From the NCBI GenBank assembly GCA_913057965.1, contig CAJXPE010000001.1:1-40620 (forward strand): a stretch of 40,620 nt of DNA, given 5' to 3'. This DNA comes from an uncultured Marixanthomonas sp. (GTDB lineage Bacteria > Bacteroidota > Bacteroidia > Flavobacteriales > Flavobacteriaceae). Positions 17,047 through 27,140 of this stretch are shown here, piece after piece (the first letter of the stretch is position 1; the number at the start of each line of letters is the position of its first letter). Under the pieces are notes generated by a model. That model was not told the DNA's origin, did not search any database, and saw nothing but the letters and a program-made list of their open reading frames with translations. Position numbers and translations under genes: made by a program.

Positions 17047-18537
17047 TTAGTATCCAGGGTTTTGTTGAATAACACTATTGGCATCCAATTCAACCAATGG
17101 AATTGGTATACTAAATAAATTGCTTGTTACAGCTGGAGGGTTACATGAACTGTTGATATCACAATCGTTAGGATCACGGTCGATTCCTCTTCCACCTCTT
17201 TGACCTAGACGTTTTAAATCTTTATATCTATGACCTTCATAAACCAATTCAATTCTTCTTTCGTCTAATATGTCACCAAAAGCTTGTTGTTGGTTTGCGT
17301 AGCTAGGCAATGGTTGAGAGCTTCCAAAACGTGCATCTCTTAATTGCTTAATTAATCCGGCTGCACCATTTAAGTTACCAGCATCTGCCAAGGCTTCGGC
17401 TTTAATAAGAAGCATTTCTGAAGATCTGAATACTTTCAGGTCATTCATTAAAGGCTGTCCGTCCTTACCTGGGTACTTTTGTATAACCAATATATCTAAT
17501 TCATCATTATTATTTTGCATGTAGTTAGGGTCAATAACCGAACCTGGAGCTACGTTTACATCATAACGAATATCAGCAGGGTCTAATTCATTAAATACTG
17601 CACGGCCCATTTCAAAATAAGGACTTCCATTTATCGTAGCATTAACGAAAGCGAAATTGGCTCCAGCCCAGCCACCAGCAAAGGCACTACCTGTAGCTCC
17701 TTGTCCATCATATGGATCACCGATTTGTCTTGATAACTTAAAGATAATTTCTGTGTTGTCTTCATCAAGAAACATGTCTTGGTACTGGGTTCTGTTTGCA
17801 ATAGGGTATCTGTTCAATAGTTGAGTTGCAAACGTATTAGCAGCAGGGTAATTTCCTCTATATGCAGCCATTCTAGCTCTTATAGCCGTTACAAAATCTT
17901 TACTTGCAAAGATTGGATTAGATTGTTGCGATAACAAATTGTTAGCTAGATCTAAATCACTATTTATTAAGCCGTAAATTTCAGCATTGGTGTTTCTAGG
18001 TAACTCATCAACAACACTCGGTACATAATCCAATAGAATAGTAGCTAATGCACTGTCGTTTTCATAATTAGTGGATAAGTATGATAAAAGTTGAAAATGT
18101 TCAAAAGCTCTTAATGCATACAGCTCTCCTAATATTTCATTATAACGAGCTCCTTCCCCTTCTGCTGGAGAAATACTTTCAGCAGCAGCCAAAACTCTGT
18201 TTATTGAGTTTATTGCAGCTAAGTTTCTTGTCCACCATACTGTTGGAAAGTCACTACCTGGGTTTAATACATAACGATAGGTTCCATCAGAGACACCTTG
18301 TCCTCCATTACCTGTACCTATTGCAACTTCATCAGTAAAGACAGCATTAAACTGTATTTCAGGCGTTACATCAATGTTATTGTAAGCTCCTAATAAACCG
18401 AGTTCAAGGTCGGCTACTGTACTAAAAGCTTGGTCAGCTCCCAGTATTCCTGGTTGCTCAATCTCTATAGCATCATTACAACTACCGAGGGCAGCCGCAA
18501 TAAATGCTAAAAGGAATATATTTTTTAATGTTTTCAT
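17047..18537 (-). CDS. susD: RagB/SusD-family nutrient-uptake lipoprotein (SusD_RagB type)
   Basis: Lipobox LGS-C, FRSSEMLLIKAEA, ERRIELVYEGHRYKDLKR and C-terminal QQNPGY. Confidence 0.95.
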   Translation of the reverse strand: MKTLKNIFLLAFIAAALGSCNDAIEIEQPGILGADQAFSTVADLELGLLGAYNNIDVTPEIQFNAVFTDEVAIGTGNGGQGVSDGTYRYVLNPGSDFPTVWWTRNLAAINSINRVLAAAESISPAEGEGARYNEILGELYALRAFEHFQLLSYLSTNYENDSALATILLDYVPSVVDELPRNTNAEIYGLINSDLDLANNLLSQQSNPIFASKDFVTAIRARMAAYRGNYPAANTFATQLLNRYPIANRTQYQDMFLDEDNTEIIFKLSRQIGDPYDGQGATGSAFAGGWAGANFAFVNATINGSPYFEMGRAVFNELDPADIRYDVNVAPGSVIDPNYMQNNNDELDILVIQKYPGKDGQPLMNDLKVFRSSEMLLIKAEALADAGNLNGAAGLIKQLRDARFGSSQPLPSYANQQQAFGDILDERRIELVYEGHRYKDLKRLGQRGGRGIDRDPNDCDINSSCNPPAVTSNLFSIPIPLVELDANSVIQQNPGY

Positions 18538-18575
18538 TTTTCTTGAATTAAATTATTTTACTTTTTCTTATTTTT

Positions 18576-21500
18576 TTAGAATTGTAGTTCAGCACCTACA
18601 GAAATTGTACGTGGTGTTGGATAAATTCTAGAGGTATTGTCTTGTGCTTCTGCATCAAAACCTCTCCATTCACTTGCGGTAAACAAGTTTTCGCCATTAG
18701 CATATATTTTAACATTACTAAAAAACGTTTGTTCTAAATACTTTGCTGGTACAGAATAACCAATCTGTGCAAAACGTAATCTTAGGTAGTCAGCACTCGT
18801 TAAATATCGGTCTGAATCTCCAGAAAGTGATCTGTTGTCAGCATCTAATCTTGGAATGTCTGTATCTGTGTTATTTGGAGTCCAAGCTCTAAATAAGTCT
18901 TCAGACAAGTTAAAGTTACCTAAGTTATCTGGATCTTGGAAACCAGACAAATCGCCATCAAATCTATCAACACCAATTACATAGTTAAATTGTGTTGAAA
19001 GGAAGAAACCTTTATAAGATGCATTGAATCCAAAACTACCTTCATAGTCAGGAATGATATTCTTATCTGTCCAAACTCTGTCAGTATCCACATTTGGTTC
19101 TTCAGTTTCATTGCCATCGGCATCTAAAAATAATAAATTACCGTTTTCAGGATTTACTCCAGCATAACGAACTTCAAAGTACTCAAATAGTTTACCTCCA
19201 ACTCGTCCTGTACCAATAACTTCATCAGTTCCATCACCAAGGCTAACAATCTCATTCTTGTTGTAGTTTCCAACAAAAGTAAGGTCTAAGTTAAATCCAT
19301 TGTTTTTTAAAGAACGAACCAAAGTATATGCAAGGTTAACATCAACACCTGTATTTTTCAATTCTCCAGAATTTACATTTAATAAGGTTGTAGCATTAAC
19401 AGCAGAAATTGGTTGTTCAATATATAAGTCAGTTGTAGTTTTTTCATAAACATCAAAAGAACCACGTAACCTTTTGTTAAACACTTCAAAATCTATACCA
19501 ATGTTAGCTGTACTAACAGTTTCCCATTTAAGGTCATCATTTCCTATTACAGATAAACTTAATGAGTTTGCACCTTGATATCCAGGGTTTGTTGCAAATA
19601 GAGAGTTTGTTAAAGTAAGACCTCCGAAGACACCTCCACCTGTAACGTCTTGGTTACCGTTGGTTCCGTAAGAAGCTCTTAATTTTAAGAGATCAAAAGG
19701 TGAGTCTTCCATAAATGATTCATTTCCAATGTTCCATCGACCAGAAACAGAATAGAAAGTGGCCCATTTGTTACTTTGAGAGAATCGAGATGATGCATCA
19801 CGACGGATAGTACCTGTGATACCGTATTTTGAATCGAAGTCATAATCTGCACGTCCAAAATAAGAAAATAAACCAGATTCTAAAATATTGGCATTTGCTG
19901 TGTCCACAAAGAAATCGTTATCTGCGTTGTCTGCAATAAAACCACTACCGTCACCTGATGAAAAAGTTAATGGATCAAGTCCTTCTTCAAAGTAACCAAA
20001 GTTTTTAAAGTGTGCTTTAAAGTACTCAGTAAAGACACCAACGTTAACTGTGTGCTTTCCAAATTCTTTATTCCAGTTTAAAGATGTTAACTGGTTAAAA
20101 GTAAATCTTCTATTGTAGTTTTCTTGTTGAAAACCAGGAGTGTTATTACCTGTTTGAGCAAATAATAATGAGTTAAACGCCTTAGGTCCTTCAGAACGTA
20201 GAGCGTGTTCTTCTCCAAGATCCATACTTAATATAGCACTGGCTGTTATGTCGTCTGTAATATCATAACTTGTATCAAAACTACCTATAATTTTAAGTTC
20301 TTCATCAAATCGGTTGAAATTACGAAGTCTGTCAACAATTAAAAGAGGAGTTACCGTAAAGGTACCGTCAAAATTGTCTAATAAGTCTTGACCACTCACA
20401 TAATCATCAATGCTTAAGTAAGGAACAGATTGATATGCCCCTAAGATTGGGTTTCTGTTTACCGCACCTGTACCAAGGTTATTTGGCTCATCAGATTTAG
20501 AGTAGTTTGTCGATAAGTTCAATCTATAGTTGAATTTATCATTGCTGCTTTTACCAGATAAATTAGCACGTAAGTTAAAACGTTTTAAACTACTACCTCT
20601 TAAAAGACCTTCTTGATCGTGAAAACCAAAAGAGATGTAAGTAGAAATATCTTCACCACCTTTAGAGATAGATAAAGTATGATCCTTTGTTAGAGCAGTG
20701 TCAAAAAAGTAGTCTTGCCAGTTAAAGTTTCTGTAATTAGCAATTTCGGAATCAGTAAGTGTTGCACCAAAACCAGTTTCATTTGCTTTTTCAAACGCCA
20801 ATAATTGACGTGCGCTCATTAGGTTATAATCATTTCCTTGTAAAGTACTGGCACCTATTTGACCAGTATATTTCATAACCAATTCTGAACCGAATGTACC
20901 GGATTTAGTTTTTATAATGATAACCCCGTTAGCACCTCTGTTACCATAAATAGAAGTTGCACCCGCATCTTTTAATACAGTTACAGAAGCAATTTCATTT
21001 GGATTTAAACTACGGAAGTTGTCTTGATCTACAGGAGCTCCATCTATAATAAATAAAGGCTCTGTGTCCCCATTAATAGAGCTGACCCCTCGAATTCTAA
21101 CAGTAGAGTTAGCACCTGGCTGGCCTGAAGCTGTTGAAATCGATAGACCGGGTACTTGACCAGAAAGTGTTTGTACAACACTTGCATTTGGTCTGTTTTC
21201 AATAGATTCAGAACTTACAGAGTAAGATGAAACACTTGATTTTTCAAGAGAACTTGTTTTGTTACCTATTATGACAACCTCTTCAAGTACAGAACCTGCT
21301 TTCATTTCTATATCAATGGTATTTGAATTTCCAACCTTAACTTGTTGAGTTTCGTAACCAACATAACTATATGTTAATGTTTGCCCAACAGAAGCTGATA
21401 TGGAGTAGTTACCATCAAAATCTGATTGTGTACCGGTATTTGTGCCTTTTACAATAATGTTAACGCCAGGCAGGGGCAACCCTGTGTCGTCGGCAATAGT

Positions 21501-21587
21501 ACCTGTAATTGTTTTTTCTTGTGCGAACGAAAGTTGCACTACTAACGCTAGTAAAAGCGTTAAAATTCCACTAAACTTTGTTTTCAT
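18576..21587 (-). CDS. susC: SusC/RagA-family TonB-dependent transporter
   Basis: N-terminal extension, LEEVVIIG, plug motif VLKDAGATSIYGNRGANGVIIIKTK, DLKWET and C-terminal F. Confidence 0.97.
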   Translation of the reverse strand: MKTKFSGILTLLLALVVQLSFAQEKTITGTIADDTGLPLPGVNIIVKGTNTGTQSDFDGNYSISASVGQTLTYSYVGYETQQVKVGNSNTIDIEMKAGSVLEEVVIIGNKTSSLEKSSVSSYSVSSESIENRPNASVVQTLSGQVPGLSISTASGQPGANSTVRIRGVSSINGDTEPLFIIDGAPVDQDNFRSLNPNEIASVTVLKDAGATSIYGNRGANGVIIIKTKSGTFGSELVMKYTGQIGASTLQGNDYNLMSARQLLAFEKANETGFGATLTDSEIANYRNFNWQDYFFDTALTKDHTLSISKGGEDISTYISFGFHDQEGLLRGSSLKRFNLRANLSGKSSNDKFNYRLNLSTNYSKSDEPNNLGTGAVNRNPILGAYQSVPYLSIDDYVSGQDLLDNFDGTFTVTPLLIVDRLRNFNRFDEELKIIGSFDTSYDITDDITASAILSMDLGEEHALRSEGPKAFNSLLFAQTGNNTPGFQQENYNRRFTFNQLTSLNWNKEFGKHTVNVGVFTEYFKAHFKNFGYFEEGLDPLTFSSGDGSGFIADNADNDFFVDTANANILESGLFSYFGRADYDFDSKYGITGTIRRDASSRFSQSNKWATFYSVSGRWNIGNESFMEDSPFDLLKLRASYGTNGNQDVTGGGVFGGLTLTNSLFATNPGYQGANSLSLSVIGNDDLKWETVSTANIGIDFEVFNKRLRGSFDVYEKTTTDLYIEQPISAVNATTLLNVNSGELKNTGVDVNLAYTLVRSLKNNGFNLDLTFVGNYNKNEIVSLGDGTDEVIGTGRVGGKLFEYFEVRYAGVNPENGNLLFLDADGNETEEPNVDTDRVWTDKNIIPDYEGSFGFNASYKGFFLSTQFNYVIGVDRFDGDLSGFQDPDNLGNFNLSEDLFRAWTPNNTDTDIPRLDADNRSLSGDSDRYLTSADYLRLRFAQIGYSVPAKYLEQTFFSNVKIYANGENLFTASEWRGFDAEAQDNTSRIYPTPRTISVGAELQF

Positions 21588-21623
21588 TTTATAATTTATT
21601 TGAATTAGCCAACGCCAAAAATC

Positions 21624-21639
21624 ATAATAAAAAGTTAAT
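21624..21639 (-). promoter_or_regulatory. 16-mer ATTAACTTTTTATTAT upstream of susC (18576..21587)
   Basis: Identical to 16865-16880. Lies between TTG (21646-21644) and an imperfect -7 box GATTTTTG. Confidence 0.55.
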
Positions 21640-21706
21640 TACACAACTTTTGACCACTAAATTTTAGTTTTTTTTAAACATAAATCAAAGCTATGGTAAG
21701 GTTTTC

Positions 21707-23401
21707 TTAAAATTGTGAAGTTAAACTAATATGTATTTTAGTATTTGAAAAATTAAAATCTTGGTCTTTAGAAATACCATTTGCAATGTTCAGTTTTAAA
21801 ACTCCAGCTTTTGTTTGTAGCCCTAACCCTACGCCAGCGCTGTAGAGATTTTGTTTTAGGTTTAAAATTTGGTTTTGAAAATAGCCAAAATCTATAATGC
21901 TATGTATGTATAGCCCTTGGTTAAATCGATACCGATATTCTGTGTTTAAAGTAGATAGGAGTGAGGCGTCAATACTGTTTTCATTAAAGCCTCTAATGCT
22001 GTTAATTCCGCCGAATCTGAACAGTTCATTCGTTATATAGGTCTCGCTAAACAAAATATTAGTGTCGTTTTTAACAAATATGGAGTTGGAGTAATTCAGG
22101 TTAAAAATGGTGCTAGCTGTTACTAATAATTTAAATTGGTTTTCGGTTGCGTTCTCCAATTCGCGCTCTCCTGTCTCTGTTTCAATGGTAAGTTCGGTTT
22201 TTTTAGGGAAGAGTGTGTCGTCTTGTAGTTTTAAGAAAGAAGCCCCTGCAGTAAAAAATTGCGAGTTAAAATCTTCTACTGTGTTGCCGACCACTACTTC
22301 ATCAAGAAGGTTGCTCGATTCGTATGCTTTGTATCCTATATATGCGGTAGAAACAGGATTGATCTGGTAGTGTAGCCTTGCTTGTTGTTCTGTAGTGGCA
22401 AACGTGCTATCTCTTTTAAAAATCTTTAGTTCTGCGCTTATTCCGAATGGGGTTTTAAATAAATACGGTAGCGTGGCTTTTACTCTGAAGTTTTGCTGAT
22501 CACTTCCATCGGCTTTATAATTAATGAGTAATTGCTCCCCGTAATTTAAATTGTTATTCAATTCTAAGTTTAAGTATCCGTTAAATTGAAGGCTTTGTGT
22601 TTCTTCGTCAGTGGCAAAGCCTAAAATGCCGTCAAAAAGATTGTTATTTTGCTTTTCTATATAGAAGTAAGCGGTTGTTGTTTCCTTCCTGAAAAGTACT
22701 TCCGGGGCTTTTGTTGTTCTGGCAAAGCCCAAGTTGTTTATGGCTGTGTTTTGTTCTTTTAGCTTTTCTTGGTTAAAATTTTTGCCTGTTTTTACGCCGG
22801 CGTAATATCGTAAATAAGATTTCGGAAATTTTTCATATCCTTTAACTACGAGTGAGTCTAATGTTCTTCTTTTGCCCGATTCAAATGCGAGTCTAGCTGA
22901 GATAAAATCTCGTTCCGGTTGTAAGTTTGTTAGGCGTAGAGAAGCAAATGCATTTCCTTTTTCGGTTTTTAGTGCGTTTAATTTTTGAAGGGAAATTTCA
23001 GCAGTTTCAAAAGGAAGTATAAAATACGTGTCAGTTACTTCAGGTGCTATTTGCTGTATTTCTTTTTTGGTAAAATATTCAGACTCGTAGTACACCTTAA
23101 TATAATGATACTTTTTCCCGAAGAAATAATTTGCCAGATAAGTGCTGTCATTTTGCTTTTCGAGTTTTTCGAGTTTGCTTTCAATATACCCTAACTGTTG
23201 TAGTTTTTGTGGAAGTAAATCAACTTCATTTTGTAAAGAGTTGTAATCTTTAAAAGTTTTGGTGATTGATAAGCTGTCTTCTAGTCCTTTCGATATAGGT
23301 TTTTCTGCAGTAACTTCTAAGTAAATTGACTGTGAAAAAACAGCTGGTGAAAAAAGGGTATATATACTAAGGAGTAAAAATATGTATAGATTGTGCTTCA
23401 A
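21707..23401 (-). CDS. Omp85/TpsB-superfamily (BamA/TamA-like) outer-membrane protein with POTRA-like N-terminus (TTG start)
   Basis: Signal peptide, POTRA-like GYIES and G..FN segments, loop-6 motif FRFGGINSIRGF and C-terminal strand KIHISLTSQF. Confidence 0.8.
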   Translation of the reverse strand: MKHNLYIFLLLSIYTLFSPAVFSQSIYLEVTAEKPISKGLEDSLSITKTFKDYNSLQNEVDLLPQKLQQLGYIESKLEKLEKQNDSTYLANYFFGKKYHYIKVYYESEYFTKKEIQQIAPEVTDTYFILPFETAEISLQKLNALKTEKGNAFASLRLTNLQPERDFISARLAFESGKRRTLDSLVVKGYEKFPKSYLRYYAGVKTGKNFNQEKLKEQNTAINNLGFARTTKAPEVLFRKETTTAYFYIEKQNNNLFDGILGFATDEETQSLQFNGYLNLELNNNLNYGEQLLINYKADGSDQQNFRVKATLPYLFKTPFGISAELKIFKRDSTFATTEQQARLHYQINPVSTAYIGYKAYESSNLLDEVVVGNTVEDFNSQFFTAGASFLKLQDDTLFPKKTELTIETETGERELENATENQFKLLVTASTIFNLNYSNSIFVKNDTNILFSETYITNELFRFGGINSIRGFNENSIDASLLSTLNTEYRYRFNQGLYIHSIIDFGYFQNQILNLKQNLYSAGVGLGLQTKAGVLKLNIANGISKDQDFNFSNTKIHISLTSQF

Positions 23402-23506
23402 AAAAAAAGTATATTGTTTTTGTATTGTAAAGCTAACGTTAGAAGTGGGCTTTTACTATTTATTTTTCAAAATAATAAAAAAGTACTGAAAATTAAGTGG
23501 GTAACG

Positions 23507-23537
23507 TTTGATTAATTCATTTTAATTTTTACCTTTG
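23507..23537 (+). promoter_or_regulatory. Bacteroidota housekeeping promoter for the str/S10 superoperon (-33 TTTG, -7 TACCTTTG)
   Basis: TTTG at 23507-23510, 19-nt spacer, TACCTTTG at 23530-23537. Fits the TTTG-N19-TAnnTTTG consensus. Confidence 0.8.
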
Positions 23538-23592
23538 CACACCCTTTTAAAAAAGGGTATTTTATATTACATAAGTATAATACATATTTTAT

Positions 23593-23967
23593 ATGCCAAC
23601 AATTTCACAATTAGTACGAAAAGGAAGAACCAAAATTACCAAGAAGAGTAAATCGGCTGCTTTGGATTCGTGCCCTCAAAGAAGAGGGGTTTGTACGCGT
23701 GTATATACTACTACACCTAAAAAACCAAACTCTGCTATGCGTAAAGTAGCAAGGGTAAGGTTAACTAATGGTAAGGAAGTAAACGCATACATCCCTGGAG
23801 AAGGTCACAATCTACAAGAGCACTCGATAGTATTGGTTAGAGGTGGAAGGGTAAAAGATTTACCGGGAGTTAGATATCACATTGTTCGTGGAGCATTGGA
23901 CACCGCTGGTGTTGAAGGCCGTACACAACGTAGATCTAAATACGGTGCAAAACGCCCTAAGAAGTAA
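23593..23967 (+). CDS. rpsL: 30S ribosomal protein S12
   Basis: [18 protein letters not shown] and [12 protein letters not shown]. Confidence 0.99.
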   Translation: MPTISQLVRKGRTKITKKSKSAALDSCPQRRGVCTRVYTTTPKKPNSAMRKVARVRLTNGKEVNAYIPGEGHNLQEHSIVLVRGGRVKDLPGVRYHIVRGALDTAGVEGRTQRRSKYGAKRPKK

Positions 23968-23990
23968 TTAAAAACTTTTAAAGAGAAGAC

Positions 23991-24467
23991 ATGAGAAAAA
24001 GACAGGCCAAAAAAAGACCACTTTTACCAGATCCAAGATTTAACGATCAATTGGTAACACGTTTTGTTAACAACATGATGTGGGATGGTAAAAAGTCGGT
24101 GGCTTTTAAAGTGTTTTACGATGCAATTGACATTGTAGAAGAGAAAAAAACAGACGACGAGAAAACAGGATTAGAGCTTTGGAAAGACGCACTATCTAAT
24201 GTTATGCCTCACGTAGAGGTTCGTAGCCGTAGAGTTGGTGGGGCAACCTTCCAGATACCTATGCAAATACGAGCAGACCGTAAGATTTCAACTGCTATGA
24301 AGTGGTTGATTCTTTTTGCACGTAAAAGAAACGAAAAATCGATGCCGCAAAAATTAGCTGCAGAGATTTTGGCAGCTGCAAAAGAAGAAGGCGCCGCGGT
24401 TAAAAAGCGTACCGATACGCATAGAATGGCCGAAGCAAATAAAGCATTCTCACATTTCAGATTCTAA
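23991..24467 (+). CDS. rpsG: 30S ribosomal protein S7
   Basis: [12 protein letters not shown] and [10 protein letters not shown]. Confidence 0.99.
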   Translation: MRKRQAKKRPLLPDPRFNDQLVTRFVNNMMWDGKKSVAFKVFYDAIDIVEEKKTDDEKTGLELWKDALSNVMPHVEVRSRRVGGATFQIPMQIRADRKISTAMKWLILFARKRNEKSMPQKLAAEILAAAKEEGAAVKKRTDTHRMAEANKAFSHFRF

Positions 24468-24472
24468 ATAAA

Positions 24473-26605
24473 ATGGCACAAAGAGATTTAAAATTTACAA
24501 GAAATATAGGTATTGCTGCGCATATTGATGCCGGTAAAACTACAACTACAGAGCGTGTTCTGTACTATACAGGTGTGAGTCACAAAATTGGTGAAGTACA
24601 CGATGGTGCGGCAACAATGGACTGGATGGAACAAGAGCAGGAGCGTGGTATTACAATTACTTCGGCTGCTACTACTTGTACTTGGAAGTTTCCAATGGAA
24701 AATGCAAAAGAACTGCCTGAAACTAAAGATTACCACTTTAACATTATCGATACTCCTGGTCACGTTGACTTTACAGTAGAGGTAAACCGTTCCTTACGTG
24801 TATTGGATGGTTTGGTGTTCTTGTTTAGTGCAGTAGATGGTGTTGAGCCACAATCTGAAACTAACTGGAGACTTGCGGATAACTATAAAGTACCAAGAAT
24901 TGGTTTTGTGAACAAAATGGACCGTCAAGGGTCTAACTTTTTAGGTGTTTGCCAACAAGTAAAAGATATGTTAAAGTCGAACGCTGTGCCAATTGTTTTA
25001 AACATTGGTGAAGAAGGAGACTTTAAAGGAATTATTGATCTTGTTAAAAACCGTGCTGTAGTTTGGCATGATGAAACGCAAGGATCAACATTTGATGTTA
25101 TTGAAATTCCTGAAGAATTAAAAGCTGAAGCAAGAAAATACCGTGCACTTCTTATTGAAGAAGTAGCTGCGTATGACGAAAACTTGCTTGAGAAATTTAT
25201 GGAAGATGAAGACTCTATTACGGAAGATGAAGTGCACGCTGCGCTTCGTGCTGCTGTAATGGATATGTCTATCATTCCTATGATATGTGGTTCAGCCTTT
25301 AAAAATAAAGGAGTACAGTTCTTATTAGATGCTGTATGTCGTTATTTGCCTTCTCCTATGGATAAAGAAGGTATTGTGGGTGTGAATCCAGACACAGAAG
25401 AAGAAGAAATACGTAAGCCTGATGTAACTGCACCATTTGCAGCATTGGCTTTTAAAATTGCTACCGATCCTTTTGTAGGTCGTTTGGCATTCTTCCGTGC
25501 GTATTCTGGTCGTTTAGATGCAGGTTCGTACGTTTTGAATAATCGTTCAGGAAAAAAAGAGCGTATATCTCGTATTTATCAAATGCACTCTAATAAACAA
25601 AATGCTATTGAGTATATCGAAGCAGGAGATATTGGAGCAGCTGTTGGTTTTAAAGATATTAAAACAGGGGATACGCTTACTGATGAAAAACACCCAATTG
25701 TTTTAGAATCTATGGATTTCCCAGATCCCGTAATCGGTATCGCTGTGGAGCCAAAAACTAAAGCAGATGTAGATAAATTAGGTATGGCATTGGCTAAGTT
25801 GGCCGAAGAAGATCCAACATTCCAAGTACGTACCGATGAAGCTTCTGGTCAAACCATTATTTCTGGTATGGGTGAGCTTCACTTAGATATTATTGTAGAC
25901 CGTCTTAGACGAGAGTTTAAGGTAGAAGTAAGCCAAGGACAACCACAAGTTGAGTACAAAGAAGCGGTTACCCGTAAAGCAGATCACAGAGAAACGTATA
26001 AAAAACAATCTGGTGGTCGTGGTAAATTTGCTGATATTGTATTTACATTGGAGCCAGCTGAAGAAGGAAAAGACGGATTAGAATTTGTTTCTGAAATAAA
26101 AGGTGGTAACGTTCCTAAAGAATTTATCCCTTCTATCGAGAAAGGCTTTAAAATGGCTATGCAAAATGGACCATTAGCTGGATACGAAGTAGAAGCAATG
26201 AAAGTTACGCTTAAAGATGGGTCTTATCACGATGTGGATTCTGATCAATTGTCATTTGAGCTTGCAGCTAAATTAGGATTTAAAAATGCTGCAAAAGCGG
26301 CAAAAGCTGTAATAATGGAGCCTGTAATGAAACTGGAAGTATTAACGCCAGAAGAAAATATGGGTGATATTGTAGGAGACCTTAACCGTCGCCGTGGACA
26401 AATGAGCAGTATGGGTGACCGTGCTGGAGCAAAAGTTGTTAAGGCTGAAGTGCCACTTTCTGAAATGTTTGGTTATGTAACCACATTAAGAACATTGTCT
26501 TCAGGTCGTGCAACTTCAACAATGGAATTTTCACATTATGCTGAAACTCCTTCACATATTTCTGAAGAAGTAATCGCAGCAGCAAAAGGAACCGCTAACG
26601 TATAA
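24473..26605 (+). CDS. fusA: Elongation factor G
   Basis: [26 protein letters not shown] and GMGELHL. Confidence 0.99.
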   Translation: MAQRDLKFTRNIGIAAHIDAGKTTTTERVLYYTGVSHKIGEVHDGAATMDWMEQEQERGITITSAATTCTWKFPMENAKELPETKDYHFNIIDTPGHVDFTVEVNRSLRVLDGLVFLFSAVDGVEPQSETNWRLADNYKVPRIGFVNKMDRQGSNFLGVCQQVKDMLKSNAVPIVLNIGEEGDFKGIIDLVKNRAVVWHDETQGSTFDVIEIPEELKAEARKYRALLIEEVAAYDENLLEKFMEDEDSITEDEVHAALRAAVMDMSIIPMICGSAFKNKGVQFLLDAVCRYLPSPMDKEGIVGVNPDTEEEEIRKPDVTAPFAALAFKIATDPFVGRLAFFRAYSGRLDAGSYVLNNRSGKKERISRIYQMHSNKQNAIEYIEAGDIGAAVGFKDIKTGDTLTDEKHPIVLESMDFPDPVIGIAVEPKTKADVDKLGMALAKLAEEDPTFQVRTDEASGQTIISGMGELHLDIIVDRLRREFKVEVSQGQPQVEYKEAVTRKADHRETYKKQSGGRGKFADIVFTLEPAEEGKDGLEFVSEIKGGNVPKEFIPSIEKGFKMAMQNGPLAGYEVEAMKVTLKDGSYHDVDSDQLSFELAAKLGFKNAAKAAKAVIMEPVMKLEVLTPEENMGDIVGDLNRRRGQMSSMGDRAGAKVVKAEVPLSEMFGYVTTLRTLSSGRATSTMEFSHYAETPSHISEEVIAAAKGTANV

Positions 26606-26614
26606 CAGATCAGA

Positions 26615-26920
26615 ATGAGTCAAAAAATCAGAATAAAGCTAAAATCTTACGATCACAATTTAGTGGACAAATCTGCTGAAAAAATCGTAAAGACAGTAAA
26701 AAGCACCGGAGCAGTAGTAACAGGACCAATCCCGTTACCAACGCACAAAAAGATATTTACCGTTCTACGTTCACCGCACGTTAACAAGAAGAGTAGAGAG
26801 CAGTTTCAATTAAGTTCTTATAAAAGACTATTGGACATTTACAGTTCTTCTTCAAAAACAATTGACGCTCTAATGAAATTAGAGTTGCCAAGTGGTGTAG
26901 AAGTAGAGATTAAGGTGTAA
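26615..26920 (+). CDS. rpsJ: 30S ribosomal protein S10
   Basis: [17 protein letters not shown] and [13 protein letters not shown]. Confidence 0.99.
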   Translation: MSQKIRIKLKSYDHNLVDKSAEKIVKTVKSTGAVVTGPIPLPTHKKIFTVLRSPHVNKKSREQFQLSSYKRLLDIYSSSSKTIDALMKLELPSGVEVEIKV

Positions 26921-27026
26921 GTAAACATCATCGACAGCTTAACAAGCCTACGTGTTTGCTGAGTAAAGTCGAAGTAAAATGTCCTGCGCTTGTAAGCAAG
27001 GGAAAAACGGAAAACAAGATAACATT

Positions 27027-27060
27027 CGGGGTCGAATTTATTTTGGCCCCGTTTGCTTTG
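27027..27060 (+). terminator. Terminator/attenuator-like hairpin between rpsJ and rplC
   Basis: CGGGGTCGAA / TTTGGCCCCG 10-bp stem with two G-U pairs, followed by TTTGCTTTG. Confidence 0.65.
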
Positions 27061-27140
27061 AAATAAAAATAATAAACGAAGGAGGAATGTAGGCGCCGAT
27101 GATCTACATTCTAAAATTCATAATTTTTAATTATATAAAT

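Noticed and set aside
12104-21587. Polysaccharide utilisation locus
   Set aside because: No CAZymes, sulfatases, inner-membrane sugar transporters or HTCS/ECF regulators are adjacent.
23399-23408. Poly-T9 tract at the Omp85 gene TTG start as a phase-variation switch
   Set aside because: The tract lies upstream of and including the start codon, so slippage would not shift the frame. Such runs are common in AT-rich DNA.
24473-26920. Absence of tuf after fusA (and of adk/map after secY)
   Set aside because: This is the usual gene order in Flavobacteria, not a novel loss.
26956-26975. TGCTGAGTAAAGTCGAAGT resembling REP-like repeats of Bacteroidota
   Set aside because: Single degenerate copy in the window, so it cannot be supported as a repeat family without genome-wide data.
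27099-27140. 14-aa N-terminal extension of L3 given by the ORF track
   Set aside because: The conserved L3 start is MSGLIGKK at 27141. The extension is AT-rich UTR-like sequence.
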